Source: Eledone cirrhosa
Taxonomy: Eukaryota
Reading direction: 5' to 3'
Assembly: GCA_964016885.1 (NCBI GenBank)
Contig: OZ024757.1
Location: 22,320,001 to 22,384,000, forward strand
DNA length: 64,000 nucleotides
Positions 61,321-64,000 of this stretch are shown here, piece after piece. The translations under genes were made by a program, and so were the position numbers. The notes beneath the pieces were generated by a model. That model had not been told where the DNA came from. It saw only the letters and a list, made by a program, of their open reading frames with translations, and ran no database searches. How positions within the stretch are numbered: the first letter of the stretch is position 1; each line of letters begins with the position of its first letter.

Positions 61321-61581
61321 ATACAGTGAGAATAATTATTTATCCATTACATTGATATGCCAATTCACAACAATGAATCAATGAACCAGCCTCATACACA
61401 TATAACTCTTCTCTTCACATTCTCTTTCTCACTCTCATTCTCTTAACACCTTTGTAAAGGGCTATTTTACCTGAAATATTAGGATTAATTAAATATTTCT
61501 AATGTAACACTTCAATATATTACGCATTCTCTCCCTCACACACACATATATATTATGGAGGCACATATATATATATATTAT

Positions 61582-61909
61582 GGTGGCACATAGCTTAGTG
61601 GTTAGAGCATTGGCCTTGCAATCGAAAGGTTGTGAGTTCAATTCTCAGACCGGGTGATGTGTTGTTTCCTTGAGCAAGACACTTTATTTCACATTGCTCC
61701 AGTTTACTCAGCTGTAGAAATGAGATGATAGGGACTGGGGTCCCTATCATTCCACTGTAAAGTGGTTGTGGAGGTGCCACGGAAAAAAAGCACCCAGCAC
61801 TCACTGTTAATGAGGTTGGTGTTAGGAAGGGCATCCAGCTGTAGAAATCAAGCCAGAATGAGTTCCCGTCCCACCCTTGCAAGCAGGGATAAGCGGACGT
61901 AAAATGAAA

Positions 61910-61912
<3 letters not shown>
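61582..61912 (+). mobile_element. SINE family A, full length
   Basis: Homology to the other copies. Confidence 0.92.
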
Positions 61913-61972
<60 letters not shown>

Positions 61973-62031
61973 CAAACTTCTGATACAATCAACACCATAA
62001 ACACAGAGCTGGCAAATCTAAGAACTGACTA

Positions 62032-62087
62032 ACTGCCTGATGAGGCCATAGCCACTCAATGGCTATCATCGAAATATATATAGCAGT
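62032..62087 (+). ncRNA. Minimal type I hammerhead ribozyme (HHR-5)
   Basis: actgc-CTGATGA-gg cc atagcca ctcaa tggctat ca tc-GAAA-tatata-TA^gcagt. Stem I is 5 bp, stem II is G-C closed and stem III is palindromic. Confidence 0.85.
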
Positions 62088-62238
62088 AAATAAAGGATTA
62101 TGAGTTCATGCAATTGACTTATGTTTCGTCACTATATATATATATATATGTAAACACACACACAATATATATATATATATATATATATAACAAAATTTAA
62201 TATAGAAATGGCTTCTACAGGACTAGAATTGTTTCATT

Positions 62239-62338
<100 letters not shown>

Positions 62339-62344
62339 ATATTC

Positions 62345-62590
62345 ATGTAGGTGTCACGACAATAACACACAGTCCACGCTGTAATGTGGCCGTGTAGGTA
62401 ACACGGTAAAAAACTCCCAGTCCACACTGTTAATGTGGTTGGTGTTAGGGAGGGCATCCATCTGTAGAAAACCTGTCAGACAGTCCTTTACAAGCGAGAT
62501 ATGGTTTCCCGACCAATCTTGCCTCAAGTGGGACAATTCCCGTCTAAACCCAATCTAGCGTGGAAGATAGACGTTAAACGATGATGATAA

Positions 62591-62595
<5 letters not shown>
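62345..62595 (+). mobile_element. 3' part of SINE related to 14885-15055
   Basis: ggttggtgttagggagggcatccatctgtagaaaacc...gacgttaaacgatgatg. Confidence 0.75.
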
Positions 62596-62631
<36 letters not shown>

Positions 62632-63576
62632 CAAATATATATGTAAGAAGGAATAATAATATGCATTTATGTAGACTAATTCATGTTAGTGCAGAATAGA
62701 TATACAAAACAACAAATGAAAGAGGCAGCTTACTGGTTAATTGTACTCAACATGCTCTGTGGAGATGTGTAACAATTACCTAACAATAATGAAACACATG
62801 TAAGAGACTATATTGTGCAATAAATCTTTCTTTGATTTTCAATGGATTTTCTCCATTTTTTTTTCTTGTATCCTATTCACTTTACATATGTTTGCAAAGA
62901 GTTAACAGAAACATCAAACATGACACAATATAGTGAAGAAATATATTAGAAATAAAGTGTCTTAATGTTTTGGATGTTAGTCCTTCATCAAAAAATATGA
63001 GAAATTAAAAAAGAAATAGTAAAATAAAGGAGAGTGAGCAGTGGCAGAAACGAACAAACATATCTGAGAAAAAAACCCGTGTATTCAGTTGCCATCTTTT
63101 AGAAATATATACATGACATAGAAACATATATTTGTCCAAATGCACCAGTTAACAATCTACTTATTTATATGCCTGGAGTCATCTTAAACTGAATTCGGCT
63201 GAATATCAGTAAAATAATTTCTGTTCTTCTCAGCCTTTCTGTTCCCATACAAGGGTCTGCTAAAGAGATGTAGGTCTATATGTTAGATCTCTCAATGAAA
63301 ATATATTCTAGCAACATTTTCAGAATCATTTATTATTCATAGCTCCAAGCATTCACTAAATCTGAACTTACTGATGTATTTATGGTAGGTTATTTATGAA
63401 GCAAAAAGAAGATATTCAAATTCATAAAAACTTCAATTTAATATTTACACAATATTATATATAGCTCATGGGTGTATATGCCTCACTTATTATAAATTGT
63501 ATTATTTGTCCGCTGGCTGAAAAAGATTATGGTTGTGTTTTATATATAAATATTATATATATATATACATATATAC

Positions 63577-63670
<94 letters not shown>

Positions 63671-63672
<2 letters not shown>

Positions 63673-63998
63673 AGGCACATGGCTTAGTGGTTAGAGCATT
63701 GGCCTTGCAATCGAAAGGTTGTGAGTTCAATTCTCAGACCAGGTGATGTGTTGTTTCCTTGAGCAAGACACTTTATTTCACATTGCTCCAGCTGTAAAAA
63801 TGAGATGATAGGGAATGGGTTCCTTATCATTCCACTGCAAAGTGGTCGTGGAGGTGCCACGGCAAAAAAGCACCCAGCACTCACTGTAAATGAGGTTGGT
63901 GTTAGGAAGGGCATCCAGCTGTAGAAATCAAGCCAGAATCAGTTCCCGTCCCACCCTTGAAAGCAGGGTAAAGCAGACGTAAAATAATGATGATGATG
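63671..63998 (+). mobile_element. SINE family A, full length
   Basis: Homology to the other copies. Confidence 0.92.
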
Positions 63999-64000
63999 TA

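Overview
Repeat-saturated, AT-rich eukaryotic DNA, most consistent with a cephalopod (Octopus-like) intronic or intergenic region. The organism call is an inference from the SINE types and the microsatellite load. No intact protein-coding gene, rRNA, functional tRNA or CRISPR array is supported, and nearly all long ORFs are translations of repeats. Mobile content: two abundant tRNA-derived SINE families (A: CORE-like box plus RTE-type tail; B: Meta-domain-like), RTE, RTE-X, Vingi and CR1-group LINE remnants, and piggyBac-, mariner-, hAT- and Helentron-type non-autonomous DNA elements. Two observations stand out. (1) At least six well-formed minimal type I hammerhead ribozymes, from five unrelated sequence families, lie beside (TA)n tracts and fold-back palindromes, as expected for Penelope-like pseudo-LTR or retrozyme relics. 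One pair sits head-to-head inside a 159-bp-arm palindrome. (2) Internal segments of many different mobile elements have been amplified into tandem arrays. The clearest case is the 3.9-kb 51-bp satellite at the left end, which is an in-frame amplification of the ESVLLYGSxxWTLT motif of an RTE-X reverse transcriptase ORF. A few short candidate exons are noted at low confidence.
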